From the sequence record SRR22947725_1818: a stretch of 64,000 bases of DNA; one strand, given 5' to 3'. Both the position numbers and the translations under genes were made by a program. Positions 1 through 9,465 of the stretch are shown piece by piece (positions within the stretch are counted from its first letter, which is position 1; each line of letters starts with the position of its first letter). The notes beneath the pieces are model-generated. The model worked only from the letters and a program-made list of their open reading frames with translations, did not search any database and was not told the DNA's origin.

Positions 1-120
1 CCGCAGCCAAGAAGGCCGCGGCGAAGCAGGCGTCAGCGAAGAAGGTGCCGGCCAAGAAGACCGCAGCCAAGCAGGCCGCGGCGAAGCAGGTGTCAGCGAA
101 GAAGGTGCCCGCCAAGAAGA
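1..120 (+). repeat. 60-bp tandem repeat (2 copies) encoding the Lys/Ala tail
   Basis: 1-60 and 61-120 are identical apart from 3 substitutions. Confidence 0.9.
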
Positions 121-161
121 AAGCTGCTGCGAAGAAGGCCACTGCGAAGAAGGAATCCTGA
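1..161 (+). CDS. C-terminal end (5' partial) of a protein with a Lys/Ala-rich histone-H1-like tail
   Basis: Frame from nt 3 reads AAKKAAAKQASAKKVPAKKTAAKQAAAKQVSAKKVPAKKKAAAKKATAKKES, then TGA at 159-161; xth ATG follows 2 nt later. Confidence 0.8.
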   Translation, partial: AAKKAAAKQASAKKVPAKKTAAKQAAAKQVSAKKVPAKKKAAAKKATAKKES

Positions 162-163
162 CG

Positions 164-934
164 ATGCGTATTGTCACGTGGAACGTCAACTCCCTACGCG
201 CCCGTCAGGAACGTGTCGAGGCATGGCTCGAGGAGGTGCAACCCGATGTCCTCCTGATTCAGGAGACGAAGCTTGCCGATGACGCCTTCCCGACGCTTGC
301 TTTCGAGGCAATGGGGTATACGTGCGCCCATCATGGCCAAGGTCAATGGAATGGCGTCGCCATTCTGTCGAAGGTCGGCCTCACCGACGTCGTGTCAAAT
401 TTTGCTGATGGCATCGAGCCCGACCCCGACGCTCGCATCATCACCGCCACCTGTGGCGGCGTCCGGGTCGCCAGTGTCTACGTGCCGAACGGGCGGGCGC
501 TCGACGACGATCACTACACCTACAAGCTCGACTGGCTCGGGCGGCTGAGGCAGCACCTCGACGCGGATACCTCCCCGGACCAGGATGTCATCATCGGTGG
601 TGACTACAACATCGCGCCTGATGACCGAGACGTGCCTGACCCGGCGAAGCTTGAAGGAGCGACGCACGTCAGTCAAGCTGAGCGGGATCGTCTGACTGAA
701 CTCGAGGCATGGGGACTGACCGATGCCTTCCGTCATTTTCATGACGGCGACAGGATGTACTCCTGGTGGGACTATCGCGGCGGCGATTTTCACCAAGGTC
801 GTGGTATGCGGATCGACCTGTTGATGTGTAGTCAGTCCGTCATCGAGCGCGCCAACTGGTGCGTTGTTGACCGCAATGCGCGCAAGGGCAAGTCGCCGAG
901 CGATCACGCACCCGTCATGGTCGATATCGACTGA
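164..934 (+). CDS. xth: Exodeoxyribonuclease III
   Basis: MRIVTWNVNS, QETK, YVPNG, GDYNIAP, RIDL and SDHAP motifs. Confidence 0.95.
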   Translation: MRIVTWNVNSLRARQERVEAWLEEVQPDVLLIQETKLADDAFPTLAFEAMGYTCAHHGQGQWNGVAILSKVGLTDVVSNFADGIEPDPDARIITATCGGVRVASVYVPNGRALDDDHYTYKLDWLGRLRQHLDADTSPDQDVIIGGDYNIAPDDRDVPDPAKLEGATHVSQAERDRLTELEAWGLTDAFRHFHDGDRMYSWWDYRGGDFHQGRGMRIDLLMCSQSVIERANWCVVDRNARKGKSPSDHAPVMVDID

Positions 935-2883
935 CTGACGAGCGGCAGGATCTGGTCTGCCAATCGAGCCGCCATGATCGGGCCGAACGAGGTGATGGCT
1001 TCCAACTCGGCCACGGTCGTCGGCTTACTCCTGGCGATTGCATTGAGGTCGCGGTCGCTGCACAACTGTGGCGGCAGCACGTCAGCCTGGCGGGCTGCTT
1101 CGTCGCGCCACGTACGGAGCGCGGCCAGCGTCGGGTCGACCCGCGCTCGTCGCCGCCTCCGAAGCTCACTGGGCAGGGGAGCAGCCGCGGGTTCGGCAAG
1201 GTCGAGATCGATCACGAACGGGCTCGGCGTGCGGGCATACCCGCCACGACGTTCCGCTCGGGTGAGCACCAATCGGTCAGATGCCCGCGTGGCTGCGACG
1301 TACAGCAGGCGAGCCTCCTCAGCCTTGGCCTCGTTGGTGGTTGCTGACTTATGCGGGACCAAGCTTGACTCGACACCGGTGACGAACACGGTGTGCCATT
1401 CGCGGCCCTTTGATGCATGGAACGACAAGAGGTCGACGCCGCCATTTGACTCGTCATCAAACGGATTGGTCATTGCAACCCAGGCCCTGAATCCGGCGCC
1501 ATCGCCGAGTTGCTGATCGCGCAGGTAGTCGAGCAGCGTGGCCGCCACCCGCCGCTCGGCTTCGAGGTCGTCGACGGCTTTGTCAGCGCGGGCTGCGGCC
1601 CGCTTGTCTCCCTCGCTGGTCGCAAGTGCCTGTTCGGCGCGAGCGGTCGTGAGCGCGTCGTAGGCATCGAGAGTGTCGTGGGCCCAGGCGCGCAGCTGAG
1701 ACGCTGAGCCGAGCGTCGTGACCTGGCGGACCACTGCCTGGAGTGGTGTGCCAGCCGCCGTCGCTGAACGTCGAACCGGAATGCCATGTGCTTCGAGCGC
1801 TTGCGCGAAGCCGCCGAGCTGAGCATTCGTTCTCGCGAGGACGGCCACTTCTCCAGCCCGAATGAGGTTGGGGTCGATTCTGGCCACTTCGTCTGCGGCG
1901 TGGCGCGCCTCGGCGGTCTCGTCCGCGCCCACAAATTGCTCAACGGGCGCGCCATCTCCTCGATGTGAGACGAGTTCGGTTAGTTGACTGGCGGCAGCGA
2001 GCACGTGTACGCCAGCCCGAACGATTTGCGGGGTACACCGGTGGTTGACCGGCAGGCGCACGATTTCGATACCGGGGAAGCGGGTCTCGACATCGACGAG
2101 CAGGGCTGGATCCGCGCCGTTGAACCCATAGATCGCCTGAGCTGGGTCACCAACGAGAAACAGGTCGTCGCGCCCGGTTCGCAGCAGGTCGACGAGGCGA
2201 TGCTGGAGCGGGTTGAGATCCTGAGCTTCGTCGACGAGCAGGTGCCGGAATCGCCATCGCAACGTGTCGGCAAACTCGCGGTCGTACTCCATGTCGCGAA
2301 TGACAAGGGCGAGCACGTCATCGAAGTCGATGATGCCGCGCTTGCGCTTGAGGAGTTCGAAGTCCCCGAACACCGTGGCTGCCCGCTCGACACCGGCGTG
2401 TGGCTTGCGGCCCTCGCGACGCGCTGTCGCGGAGTATCGATCGGCGCTCACGCCGCGTGCCGCCGCCCAGTCAATTTCGTTGATGAGACCATCGATACCG
2501 CGACGCTGTGATGGCTCGAGCACATCGCCGACAAGGCGGCGGCGATCGGCAACGATGGTCTTCGCTGGCCTCCCGGTGTCATCCCATCGCTGCTTCAGGA
2601 TGGCGAGCATGACCGAGTGGAACGTGCCGGCCTCGACCCGTTCGCGCATGCCAAGGCGGGTGAGGCGTCGCCGCAACTCACCCGCCGCTTCTCGAGTGAA
2701 GGTCAGCGCCAAGGTGTGCCGAGCATCAGCCTGCTCAGTGGCGATTCGCCATGCGATACGTCGGGTGAGCACGCGTGTCTTACCGGAGCCGGCACCGGCG
2801 ATGACCGCAACAAGGTGCGACTCGGCGGTGACCGCGGTGCGTTGATCCGGGTCGAGATCAGCGAGGAGGGCAGCGGCGTCCAC
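904..2883 (-). CDS. uvrD2: UvrD2-like ATP-dependent DNA helicase with C-terminal HRDC domain
   Basis: AGAGSGKT, LTFT, VDEAQD, VGDPAQAIYGF, HASKGREW, EEARLLYVA motifs and HRDC-like tail. Start is GTG 2883 (TAGGGT -10 lies 7 nt upstream) or GTG 2892. Confidence 0.9.
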   Translation of the reverse strand: MDAAALLADLDPDQRTAVTAESHLVAVIAGAGSGKTRVLTRRIAWRIATEQADARHTLALTFTREAAGELRRRLTRLGMRERVEAGTFHSVMLAILKQRWDDTGRPAKTIVADRRRLVGDVLEPSQRRGIDGLINEIDWAAARGVSADRYSATARREGRKPHAGVERAATVFGDFELLKRKRGIIDFDDVLALVIRDMEYDREFADTLRWRFRHLLVDEAQDLNPLQHRLVDLLRTGRDDLFLVGDPAQAIYGFNGADPALLVDVETRFPGIEIVRLPVNHRCTPQIVRAGVHVLAAASQLTELVSHRGDGAPVEQFVGADETAEARHAADEVARIDPNLIRAGEVAVLARTNAQLGGFAQALEAHGIPVRRSATAAGTPLQAVVRQVTTLGSASQLRAWAHDTLDAYDALTTARAEQALATSEGDKRAAARADKAVDDLEAERRVAATLLDYLRDQQLGDGAGFRAWVAMTNPFDDESNGGVDLLSFHASKGREWHTVFVTGVESSLVPHKSATTNEAKAEEARLLYVAATRASDRLVLTRAERRGGYARTPSPFVIDLDLAEPAAAPLPSELRRRRRARVDPTLAALRTWRDEAARQADVLPPQLCSDRDLNAIARSKPTTVAELEAITSFGPIMAARLADQILPLVSQSISTMTGA

Positions 2884-2921
2884 AGCGGTCACCCTAGGCC
2901 CGCTTTGGATACGCTGCGATC

Positions 2922-3551
2922 ATGCCCTACCCGAGGAAGCTGCTCAACGATTATGAAACCGTTGCAGTCGACCTCCACCCGCATTGGTGGTACTTCGCAC
3001 AGCCGGTTGCGGCGCTCGTCGGGTCGATCATTCTCGGTGTTCTTGCGAGGATCTACACCGACGGGACCGGCACGCCGCGCGCTGCGCTCGTGTACCTCGT
3101 CATCGCACTCATCGTCGCCAGCATGATCTGGGTCGTCGTCCGGTACCTCAAGTGGATGACGACGAGCTTCGTGATCACGTCTGACCGTCTGATCTTTCGC
3201 GCTGGGGTCATTTCGAAGATGGGCGTCGAGATCCCGCTTGAGCGGGTCAACACCATCCACTTCAGCCAGAGCATCTTCGAGCGCATCGCCGGTTCCGGGG
3301 ACCTGATCATCGAGTCAGGGGGCGAAGACGGCCAGCAACGATTCACTGACATCCGGCGCCCGGATCAGGTGCAGAAGGCCATTCACGCTCAGAAAGAAGC
3401 GCACGACAAACGTCGTTTCACGGTGAGCGGAGTTGATGTTGGCGGTGGCGATGTGGCCAGCCAGCTCGAAAAGCTCGAGGGCATGCTTGAACGGGGCACG
3501 CTGACCGCTGAAGAGTTCCAGGGACAGAAGGACAGGTTGCTCGGTCGCTGA
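2922..3551 (+). CDS. Membrane protein with bacterial PH (bPH_2) domain and C-terminal SHOCT domain
   Basis: Two TM helices; ITSDRLIFRAGVI..EIPLERVN; C-terminal LEKLEGMLERGTLTAEEF. Confidence 0.85.
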   Translation: MPYPRKLLNDYETVAVDLHPHWWYFAQPVAALVGSIILGVLARIYTDGTGTPRAALVYLVIALIVASMIWVVVRYLKWMTTSFVITSDRLIFRAGVISKMGVEIPLERVNTIHFSQSIFERIAGSGDLIIESGGEDGQQRFTDIRRPDQVQKAIHAQKEAHDKRRFTVSGVDVGGGDVASQLEKLEGMLERGTLTAEEFQGQKDRLLGR

Positions 3552-4234
3552 TGCGCGTTGTCAGCCTCGTTCCATCGAGTACCGAGACGCTGCTTCACCT
3601 CGGAGCCGACGTCATTGCGTGCACGCGATTCTGCGAACAACCGCGCATCAGCCACGTCGGCGGGACCAAGAATCCTGACATCGATGCGATCGTCGCGCTG
3701 GCGCCCGACGTCGTCGTCCTTGATCGCGAGGAGAATCGTCAGGAGGATGCTGCGGCTTTGAAGGAAGCCGGGGTCGAACTCTTCGTCAGCGACGTGACCA
3801 CGCTTGCTGGAGCTTTGAAGGTGGTCCGTGAGTTGGCGACGTTGGTCGGTGGAACGTCGGCACCGGACGTCGCGCCTGTCGTCGCGCCCATCGGACGGTC
3901 CGTTTTCGTGCCGATCTGGCGCCGGCCGTGGATGTCGATCAATGGCCAGACCTACGGTGCCTCGCTGCTCGACCATCTCGGGTGCACGCTGGTGACAGCG
4001 GAGATGGACGACGCCTATCCGGAAGTCGAGCTTGAGCAGATCAGTGCGTGGGCGCCCGATGTGATCGCCGTACCGAGCGAACCGTACGAGTTCAACGACA
4101 CCCACCTGGCAGAACTCCAGGAGGCATCACCGAATTCGACCGTCGTCCGCGTCGACGGACAAGATCTCTTCTGGTGGGGAAGTAGAACTCAGCGCGCGAT
4201 CACACGCCTGCATGCTGCGCTCCGCTCAGTGTGA
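3551..4234 (+). CDS. Helical-backbone metal receptor (BtuF-like), no signal peptide
   Basis: MRVVSLVPSSTE, VGGTKNPD, PSEPYEF, VDGQDLFWWG; TGATG overlap with upstream gene. Confidence 0.8.
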   Translation: MRVVSLVPSSTETLLHLGADVIACTRFCEQPRISHVGGTKNPDIDAIVALAPDVVVLDREENRQEDAAALKEAGVELFVSDVTTLAGALKVVRELATLVGGTSAPDVAPVVAPIGRSVFVPIWRRPWMSINGQTYGASLLDHLGCTLVTAEMDDAYPEVELEQISAWAPDVIAVPSEPYEFNDTHLAELQEASPNSTVVRVDGQDLFWWGSRTQRAITRLHAALRSV

Positions 4235-4245
4235 CCACCGGGATC

Positions 4246-5247
4246 TCAATGAACTCGGCGCGCTCCGGCGGACGGGGAGACGACCCAGCCGTCGGCCAGG
4301 GCTCCTGGCTGACAGATGGCGACGATGCAGCCACCGAACCCGCCGCCGGTCATTCGTGTGCCGAAGACACCTGGGATGGCATTGAGCCTGTCGACCGCGT
4401 CATCCATCTGTGAGGTCGACACATCGAAATCGTCGCGCAGGCTGGCGTGGCCCTCGGTCATGATCCGGCCGGCCTCGACGTAATCGCCACCGGCGAGCGC
4501 AGCGGCGAAGTCGCGAACACGCTGATTCTCGTTGATGACGTGGCGGGCGCGGCGTCGAGCGATGTCTTCGGTGATGCGCCCGACGTCGTCGAGTGTCGCC
4601 AGTCGGAGCGGCCCAATCTTGTCCTCGGCGCGAGCGCACTCGGCAACACGGTCGGCGTACTCGGACCCTTCGAGGGTGCGATGAGCGATGAACTTGACCA
4701 CCACATCGATGTCGTCGGGGACGACTTGCGGGGTGACGCTGAGGCCGTCGCAGTCAATGAGCGTTGCATGCCCAGCGACTCCGGCGGCGATCGAAAGCTG
4801 GTCCATGATGCCGGTTGGCACGCCAGTTGCCCGGTGCTCAGCACGTTGAGCTGCCTGGCTCAGTTCGAGCGGGGTGCCGTCAAAGCCGAGAGCGAGACCG
4901 ATCGCGCATTCGAGCGCGGCGCTGGAGGACAACCCAGCACCGGCCGGAATGTCCGACACGATGTGGCCGCGTAAGCCTTGCGTCGCGCCGAGTTCGGCCG
5001 ACATTGCAGCGATGTAGGAGCCCCAATGTGGCTCAACGGTGTTCGGCTCGCCATCGAACGGCAGCGAAATCGAGAGCGCTCCAGGCGCACCGTCGGAGGT
5101 CAATTCGATGACGCCGTCAGCAGCGGTGTAGGTGAGCGTGGTTCCTCGATCAATCGCCATGGGGAACACCAACCCGCCGGTGTAGTCGGTGTGTTCGCCG
5201 ATCAGGTTCACTCGACCAGGGGCGTGCACGCGCAGTGTTTCAGACAC
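4246..5247 (-). CDS. galK: Galactokinase
   Basis: APGRVNLIGEHTDY, GAGLSSSAA, GIMDQ, RMTGGGFGG; start trimmed to GTG 5247. Confidence 0.93.
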   Translation of the reverse strand: MSETLRVHAPGRVNLIGEHTDYTGGLVFPMAIDRGTTLTYTAADGVIELTSDGAPGALSISLPFDGEPNTVEPHWGSYIAAMSAELGATQGLRGHIVSDIPAGAGLSSSAALECAIGLALGFDGTPLELSQAAQRAEHRATGVPTGIMDQLSIAAGVAGHATLIDCDGLSVTPQVVPDDIDVVVKFIAHRTLEGSEYADRVAECARAEDKIGPLRLATLDDVGRITEDIARRRARHVINENQRVRDFAAALAGGDYVEAGRIMTEGHASLRDDFDVSTSQMDDAVDRLNAIPGVFGTRMTGGGFGGCIVAICQPGALADGWVVSPSAGARRVH

Positions 5248-5287
5248 GCTGAGAAGGTATCGGCTGACTTCTGCCACACTGCTTTCT

Positions 5288-6169
5288 ATGCCCCGCGCCG
5301 CTCTGGAATCTGGAATCGAACTCGAATACACCACCTTCGGCGACTCCGGAAATCCGTCTCTGCTCCTGGTCAATGGGTACACGAGTCAGATGATCGTGTG
5401 GGAGCAAGAATTTCTTGACGGCCTCGTGGCGCAGGGATTGCACGTTGTCATCTACGACAATCGAGACGTCGGCTTGTCCACCAAGTTCGACGGCCAACTC
5501 GTGGACCCGATGCAGGTGCTGCAGTCGTTGATGGCCGGCGAGCAGGTCGATGTGCCGTACACGCTGAGCGACATGGCCGCCGATGGTATGGATCTGCTGA
5601 GCTACCTGGGCATCGATCGCGCCCACATCGCCGGCGTATCGATGGGTGGAATGATCGTGCAGGTGATGGCAATTGAACATCCAGCGCGCATCATCAGCTT
5701 GACATCGATCATGAGTAGCCCTGGCGACCCGAAAGTCGGTCAGCCGTCGGCGGAAGCGCGCGCGGCACTCCTGGCGCCGCCAGCCATCGAGCGCGAGGCC
5801 TACATCGAAGAAGCCACTCGCGCTCGGGTCTGGTTGTCGAGGAAGTACTACTCCGAGGAAGCAACCAAGAATCGCTCGGCACGGCAATTCGATCGCGTCT
5901 TCTATCCCGAAGGATTCACCCGGCAGCTCGCTGCGATCTATGCAACGGGCGACAGGAGCGATCGGCTGCGGGCGCTTGATGTTCCGACGCTCGTGATGCA
6001 CGGTCGCGACGACCAACTGATCACTCCGTCGGGTGGCGAACGAACCGCTGAGCTCATTGCCGGGGCCAACTATCTGCTCGTCTCCGACATGGGCCATGAC
6101 TTGCCCGTCCCGCTCGCCCCTGTCTTCGCCGAAGCCATTGGCGGACATACCCGTACCGCAGCCCACTGA
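5288..6169 (+). CDS. Alpha/beta fold hydrolase
   Basis: DNRDVGLS, GVSMGG nucleophile elbow, HGRDD, MGHD; start trimmed to ATG 5288. Confidence 0.9.
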   Translation: MPRAALESGIELEYTTFGDSGNPSLLLVNGYTSQMIVWEQEFLDGLVAQGLHVVIYDNRDVGLSTKFDGQLVDPMQVLQSLMAGEQVDVPYTLSDMAADGMDLLSYLGIDRAHIAGVSMGGMIVQVMAIEHPARIISLTSIMSSPGDPKVGQPSAEARAALLAPPAIEREAYIEEATRARVWLSRKYYSEEATKNRSARQFDRVFYPEGFTRQLAAIYATGDRSDRLRALDVPTLVMHGRDDQLITPSGGERTAELIAGANYLLVSDMGHDLPVPLAPVFAEAIGGHTRTAAH

Positions 6170-6204
6170 ACCCGAAACCCACTGAACTCGAAACCCACTG
6201 AACT
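6162..6204. repeat. 16-bp-period tandem direct repeat CCCACTGAACYCGAAA (about 2.7 copies)
   Basis: Copies begin at 6162, 6178 and 6194; spans the hydrolase stop codon up to the next RBS. Confidence 0.85.
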
Positions 6205-6213
6205 GAGGAACCA

Positions 6214-7374
6214 ATGCCTGGACCACTCGCCGGACTCCGCGTCATCGAAATTGCCGGAATCGGACCCGGACCGTTTGCCGCCATGTTGCTGAGCGACCTC
6301 GGCGCCGAAGTCATTCGCGTCGAACGTGCCGGAGCGGTCCGCGGCGCTGCGCCGGACAAGCCAGCAGGCGATGTCAGCCTGCGCGGCCGGAGAAACATTG
6401 CCATCGACCTGAAGCATCCTGACGGTGTTGCGACGCTGCTGGATCTCGTTAGCGCCGCCGACGCGCTGATCGAAGGCTTCCGCCCGGGAGTGATGGAGCG
6501 ACTCGGTGTCGGACCGGACGAGTGCTTGGAGCGCAACCCAAGGCTGGTGTTCGGTCGCATGACCGGTTGGGGCCAAGACGGTCCGTATGCGCACGCCGCT
6601 GGACATGACATCAATTACATCTCGCTGGCAGGCGCACTTGCGCACTTCGGCCGTGCTGGTGAGGCGCCGGTCCCGCCGCTCAACATGGTGGGCGATTTCG
6701 GCGGGGGCGGCATGTTCCTCGCGCTCGGTGTGGTCGCAGCGATGCTGGAGGCCAAGGGGAGCGGGCAGGGCCAGGTTGTCGACACGGCGATGGTCGACGG
6801 AACCGCCATTCTGATGACGATGTTCTGGTCCATGAAGGCTGCTGGCATCTTTGACGAACAGCAGCGCGGCACCAACCTGCTCGACACAGGAGCGCATTTC
6901 TATGACGTGTACGAGTGCGCTGACGGTCGATACATATCCATCGGCTCGATCGAGCCGCAGTTCTACGCAGAGTTGATGCGGCTCACAGGGCTTGAGGGTG
7001 ACGAGCAATTCGCTCGCCAGATGGATGCGACGCAGTGGCCCGAACTCAAGGTGCGGATCGCCGAACTCTTCAAGACCAAGACGTGTGATGAGTGGTGTGA
7101 GCTGATGGAGATGACCGACGTGTGTTTCGCCCCCGTTCTCACCATGAGCGAGGCAGCAGAGCACCCGCACAACGTCGACCGGCAGACGTTCATCGAACTT
7201 GGCGGCGTTACTCAACCAGCACCGGCGCCGCGGTTCAGTCGCACGGCGGCCGTCGTTGACCAGCTGCCAGCTCACCCTGGCCAACACAGCAGGGAAATCC
7301 TGCTCGATTGGGGAGTCGCTGCAGACCATGTCGACGCGCTTCTCACATCGGGGGCCGTGCGCCACGCCGAGTAG
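6214..7374 (+). CDS. CaiB/BaiF family III CoA-transferase, alpha-methylacyl-CoA racemase-like
   Basis: GPLAGLRVIEIAGIGPGPF, EGFRPGVMERLG, GHDINY, GDFGGG; GAGGA RBS. Confidence 0.92.
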   Translation: MPGPLAGLRVIEIAGIGPGPFAAMLLSDLGAEVIRVERAGAVRGAAPDKPAGDVSLRGRRNIAIDLKHPDGVATLLDLVSAADALIEGFRPGVMERLGVGPDECLERNPRLVFGRMTGWGQDGPYAHAAGHDINYISLAGALAHFGRAGEAPVPPLNMVGDFGGGGMFLALGVVAAMLEAKGSGQGQVVDTAMVDGTAILMTMFWSMKAAGIFDEQQRGTNLLDTGAHFYDVYECADGRYISIGSIEPQFYAELMRLTGLEGDEQFARQMDATQWPELKVRIAELFKTKTCDEWCELMEMTDVCFAPVLTMSEAAEHPHNVDRQTFIELGGVTQPAPAPRFSRTAAVVDQLPAHPGQHSREILLDWGVAADHVDALLTSGAVRHAE

Positions 7375-7439
7375 TGCCGGGTAGCCACCGGAGAGTTGCC
7401 GGGTAGGGATGACAGCCCCGAGGTGCCACACTGTCGGCG

Positions 7440-8264
7440 ATGTCGACGCTCGTCTGCTTTCATGCCCACCCCGATGACGAGGCCATCTCCACCGGTGGCG
7501 CCATGGCTCGCGCTGCGGCGGAAGGGCACCGAGTGGTGCTCGTCGTTGCGACAGACGGCGCGCACGGCGAGGTCCCCGATGATCTTGCTGATGGCGAAAC
7601 ACTGGTGGATCGTCGCAAACAGGAGACTGACGGATCGGTCGCTGCGCTCGGCGCGCATCGTGTCGTGTTCCTCGGCTACACAGACTCGGGGATGACGGGC
7701 TGGGACCAGAATTCCGATCCCGATTGCTTTTTCCAGGCCGAACTGGCCGACGCTGCGGAACGTCTTGCTGTCATCCTCCGCGAGGAGAACGCTGACGTGC
7801 TGACTGCCTACGACTGGCATGGCAACTACGGCCATCCTGATCACATCAAGGTGCATGAGGTCGGGCATGCAGCAGTTGATCTGTTGATCTCGGAAGGTCG
7901 CGGGATCCGACTCTTCGAGGCGACGATGAACCGCGACCGTGTCATCACGATGATGCAGCAGGCCATGGAAATGGGCGTCACCCCGCCGCAGGACGGTGCC
8001 GATGGTGAGGCGTTCGATCCCGCAGGACCGGCTGACGACGGCAACCCGTTTGGGATGCTCGAGGCGGAGTTGACCCTCGAGATCGACGTCAGTGGCTTCG
8101 TTGCTCAGAAGCGTGCTGCGATCGCCTGTCACCGCAGCCAGATCAGTGACCAGTCGTTCTTCCTCGAAATGCCAGAGGAAGCGTTCACCGCGATGTTCGG
8201 GATTGAGTCGTACATCGAACGCGGCGTCGAGCCACCGATGCGTCCCGGATGGCTCTTCGCCTGA
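7440..8264 (+). CDS. PIG-L family deacetylase (MshB/Mca-like)
   Basis: HAHPDDE, LGYTDSGM, YGHPDH, HRSQ motifs. Confidence 0.9.
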   Translation: MSTLVCFHAHPDDEAISTGGAMARAAAEGHRVVLVVATDGAHGEVPDDLADGETLVDRRKQETDGSVAALGAHRVVFLGYTDSGMTGWDQNSDPDCFFQAELADAAERLAVILREENADVLTAYDWHGNYGHPDHIKVHEVGHAAVDLLISEGRGIRLFEATMNRDRVITMMQQAMEMGVTPPQDGADGEAFDPAGPADDGNPFGMLEAELTLEIDVSGFVAQKRAAIACHRSQISDQSFFLEMPEEAFTAMFGIESYIERGVEPPMRPGWLFA

Positions 8265-8304
8265 GGTGCACCATTTCACGCGAGTCCGCGGCCAAGATGT
8301 TGCT

Positions 8305-9078
8305 ATGCGTCGAAGACTGATTGCTGGGTCGATTGCGTTGGCGTTCGCCCTGGCAGCATGTGGAGGCAGCGAAGGCTCGGTCGCTGGACCGACGACAAAG
8401 CTGACGCTGTTCCCGACCACCACTACAACGGAACCTGTCGCGAGCACCACAACGGTGCAGACCAATCTGACCGCGGTGCCGACGACGAAGGCCGACGCCG
8501 TCGACGTCACCACGACGACTGAGGCCGCTCCCACGACGACGGCGGTTCCCGTCGATCCGGCCGTCGAGGCGCTGGTGCTCAGCGACGAGGGAATCGGCGC
8601 CGCAGTGTTCAGTGGCGACCCCGATGGCGTGGTCGCATTCCTCAGTTCATTTCTTGGACCGCCAACGGCTGACACTGGTTGGGTCGACCCGTTCGAGATC
8701 AGCAATTGCGCGGGCACGCAATTGCGCGTGGTGTCATTTGGCAGTCTGAGCCTCACCTTCGGCGATGTGTCGCCGGTGCTCGAGGGCCGTCCACACTTTT
8801 TCGCGTACACGTACGGCACCTATGACTTCGACGGCACCACAGTGGCGGTGAGCGATCAAACACCGTTGGGCCTGGTCACCGAGAACAGCGTTGGTCTCGG
8901 AACCGAGCTGATCCTGCTCGAGGCTGCGCACCCTGGCCTGCAACTGAATCCGGCAGACGACTTCTTCCCCGAGACCTTCGTCATCAACGACAACTTGCGC
9001 GGCGCGGTCAGCGGCCTCGCTGATGATTCCGAGGTGGTCAGCATCATCGGTGGCCAGGACTGCGCCGACCCGACGTGA
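8305..9078 (+). CDS. Lipoprotein of unknown function with Thr-rich linker
   Basis: MRRRLIAGSIALAFALAAC lipobox signal followed by Thr/Pro-rich spacer; start trimmed to ATG 8305. Confidence 0.8.
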   Translation: MRRRLIAGSIALAFALAACGGSEGSVAGPTTKLTLFPTTTTTEPVASTTTVQTNLTAVPTTKADAVDVTTTTEAAPTTTAVPVDPAVEALVLSDEGIGAAVFSGDPDGVVAFLSSFLGPPTADTGWVDPFEISNCAGTQLRVVSFGSLSLTFGDVSPVLEGRPHFFAYTYGTYDFDGTTVAVSDQTPLGLVTENSVGLGTELILLEAAHPGLQLNPADDFFPETFVINDNLRGAVSGLADDSEVVSIIGGQDCADPT

Positions 9079-9440
9079 TCGACCTGCACACCGGCCTCGG
9101 CTGGTTTCTGATCGTGTCGAATGCCGCGGTCGGTCTGTGGGCCCTCGCAGCGCAATACGTGGAGGTGCTCCGGTTGCGTGCAATGTGGTGGGCGATTGGA
9201 GCGGCGCAGATGTCGGTCTTCGCCGTCGCAATTGTCGGCGTACTGCTCGCCAACGAAGACGGTCGGGTGCTCGACGATTTTCACGCCTTGTACGGCTTCA
9301 CCACCATCGTCGCTGTCGGAGTTCTGTACAGCTATCGAACGAGCCCGTTCATCAGAGACAAGCAATACCTGTTGTACGGCTGCGGCAGCCTCTTCATTAT
9401 GGGCCTCGGTATTCGAGCGCTCTTCCTCGACGGCGGCTGA
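9075..9440 (+). CDS. Small membrane protein (about 4 TM helices)
   Basis: Hydrophobic helices with FHALYG motif; GTGA overlap with upstream gene. Confidence 0.75.
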   Translation: MIDLHTGLGWFLIVSNAAVGLWALAAQYVEVLRLRAMWWAIGAAQMSVFAVAIVGVLLANEDGRVLDDFHALYGFTTIVAVGVLYSYRTSPFIRDKQYLLYGCGSLFIMGLGIRALFLDGG

Positions 9441-9465
9441 GACAAGGCGCCCGTCAGGCGAGGTG

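Noticed and set aside
6162-6209. Possible mini CRISPR array
   Set aside because: Units are 16 bp and contiguous with no spacers; no cas genes in the window
7440-8264. Specific assignment as mshB or mca
   Set aside because: PIG-L motifs are shared across paralogs; cannot be resolved by eye
6070-8819. Long antisense ORFs (6070-7602, 7272-8819; likewise 23646-25022, 32751-33983, 35003-36370, 53091-54317)
   Set aside because: They shadow well-supported genes on the other strand, have no recognisable motifs, and are expected in high-GC DNA
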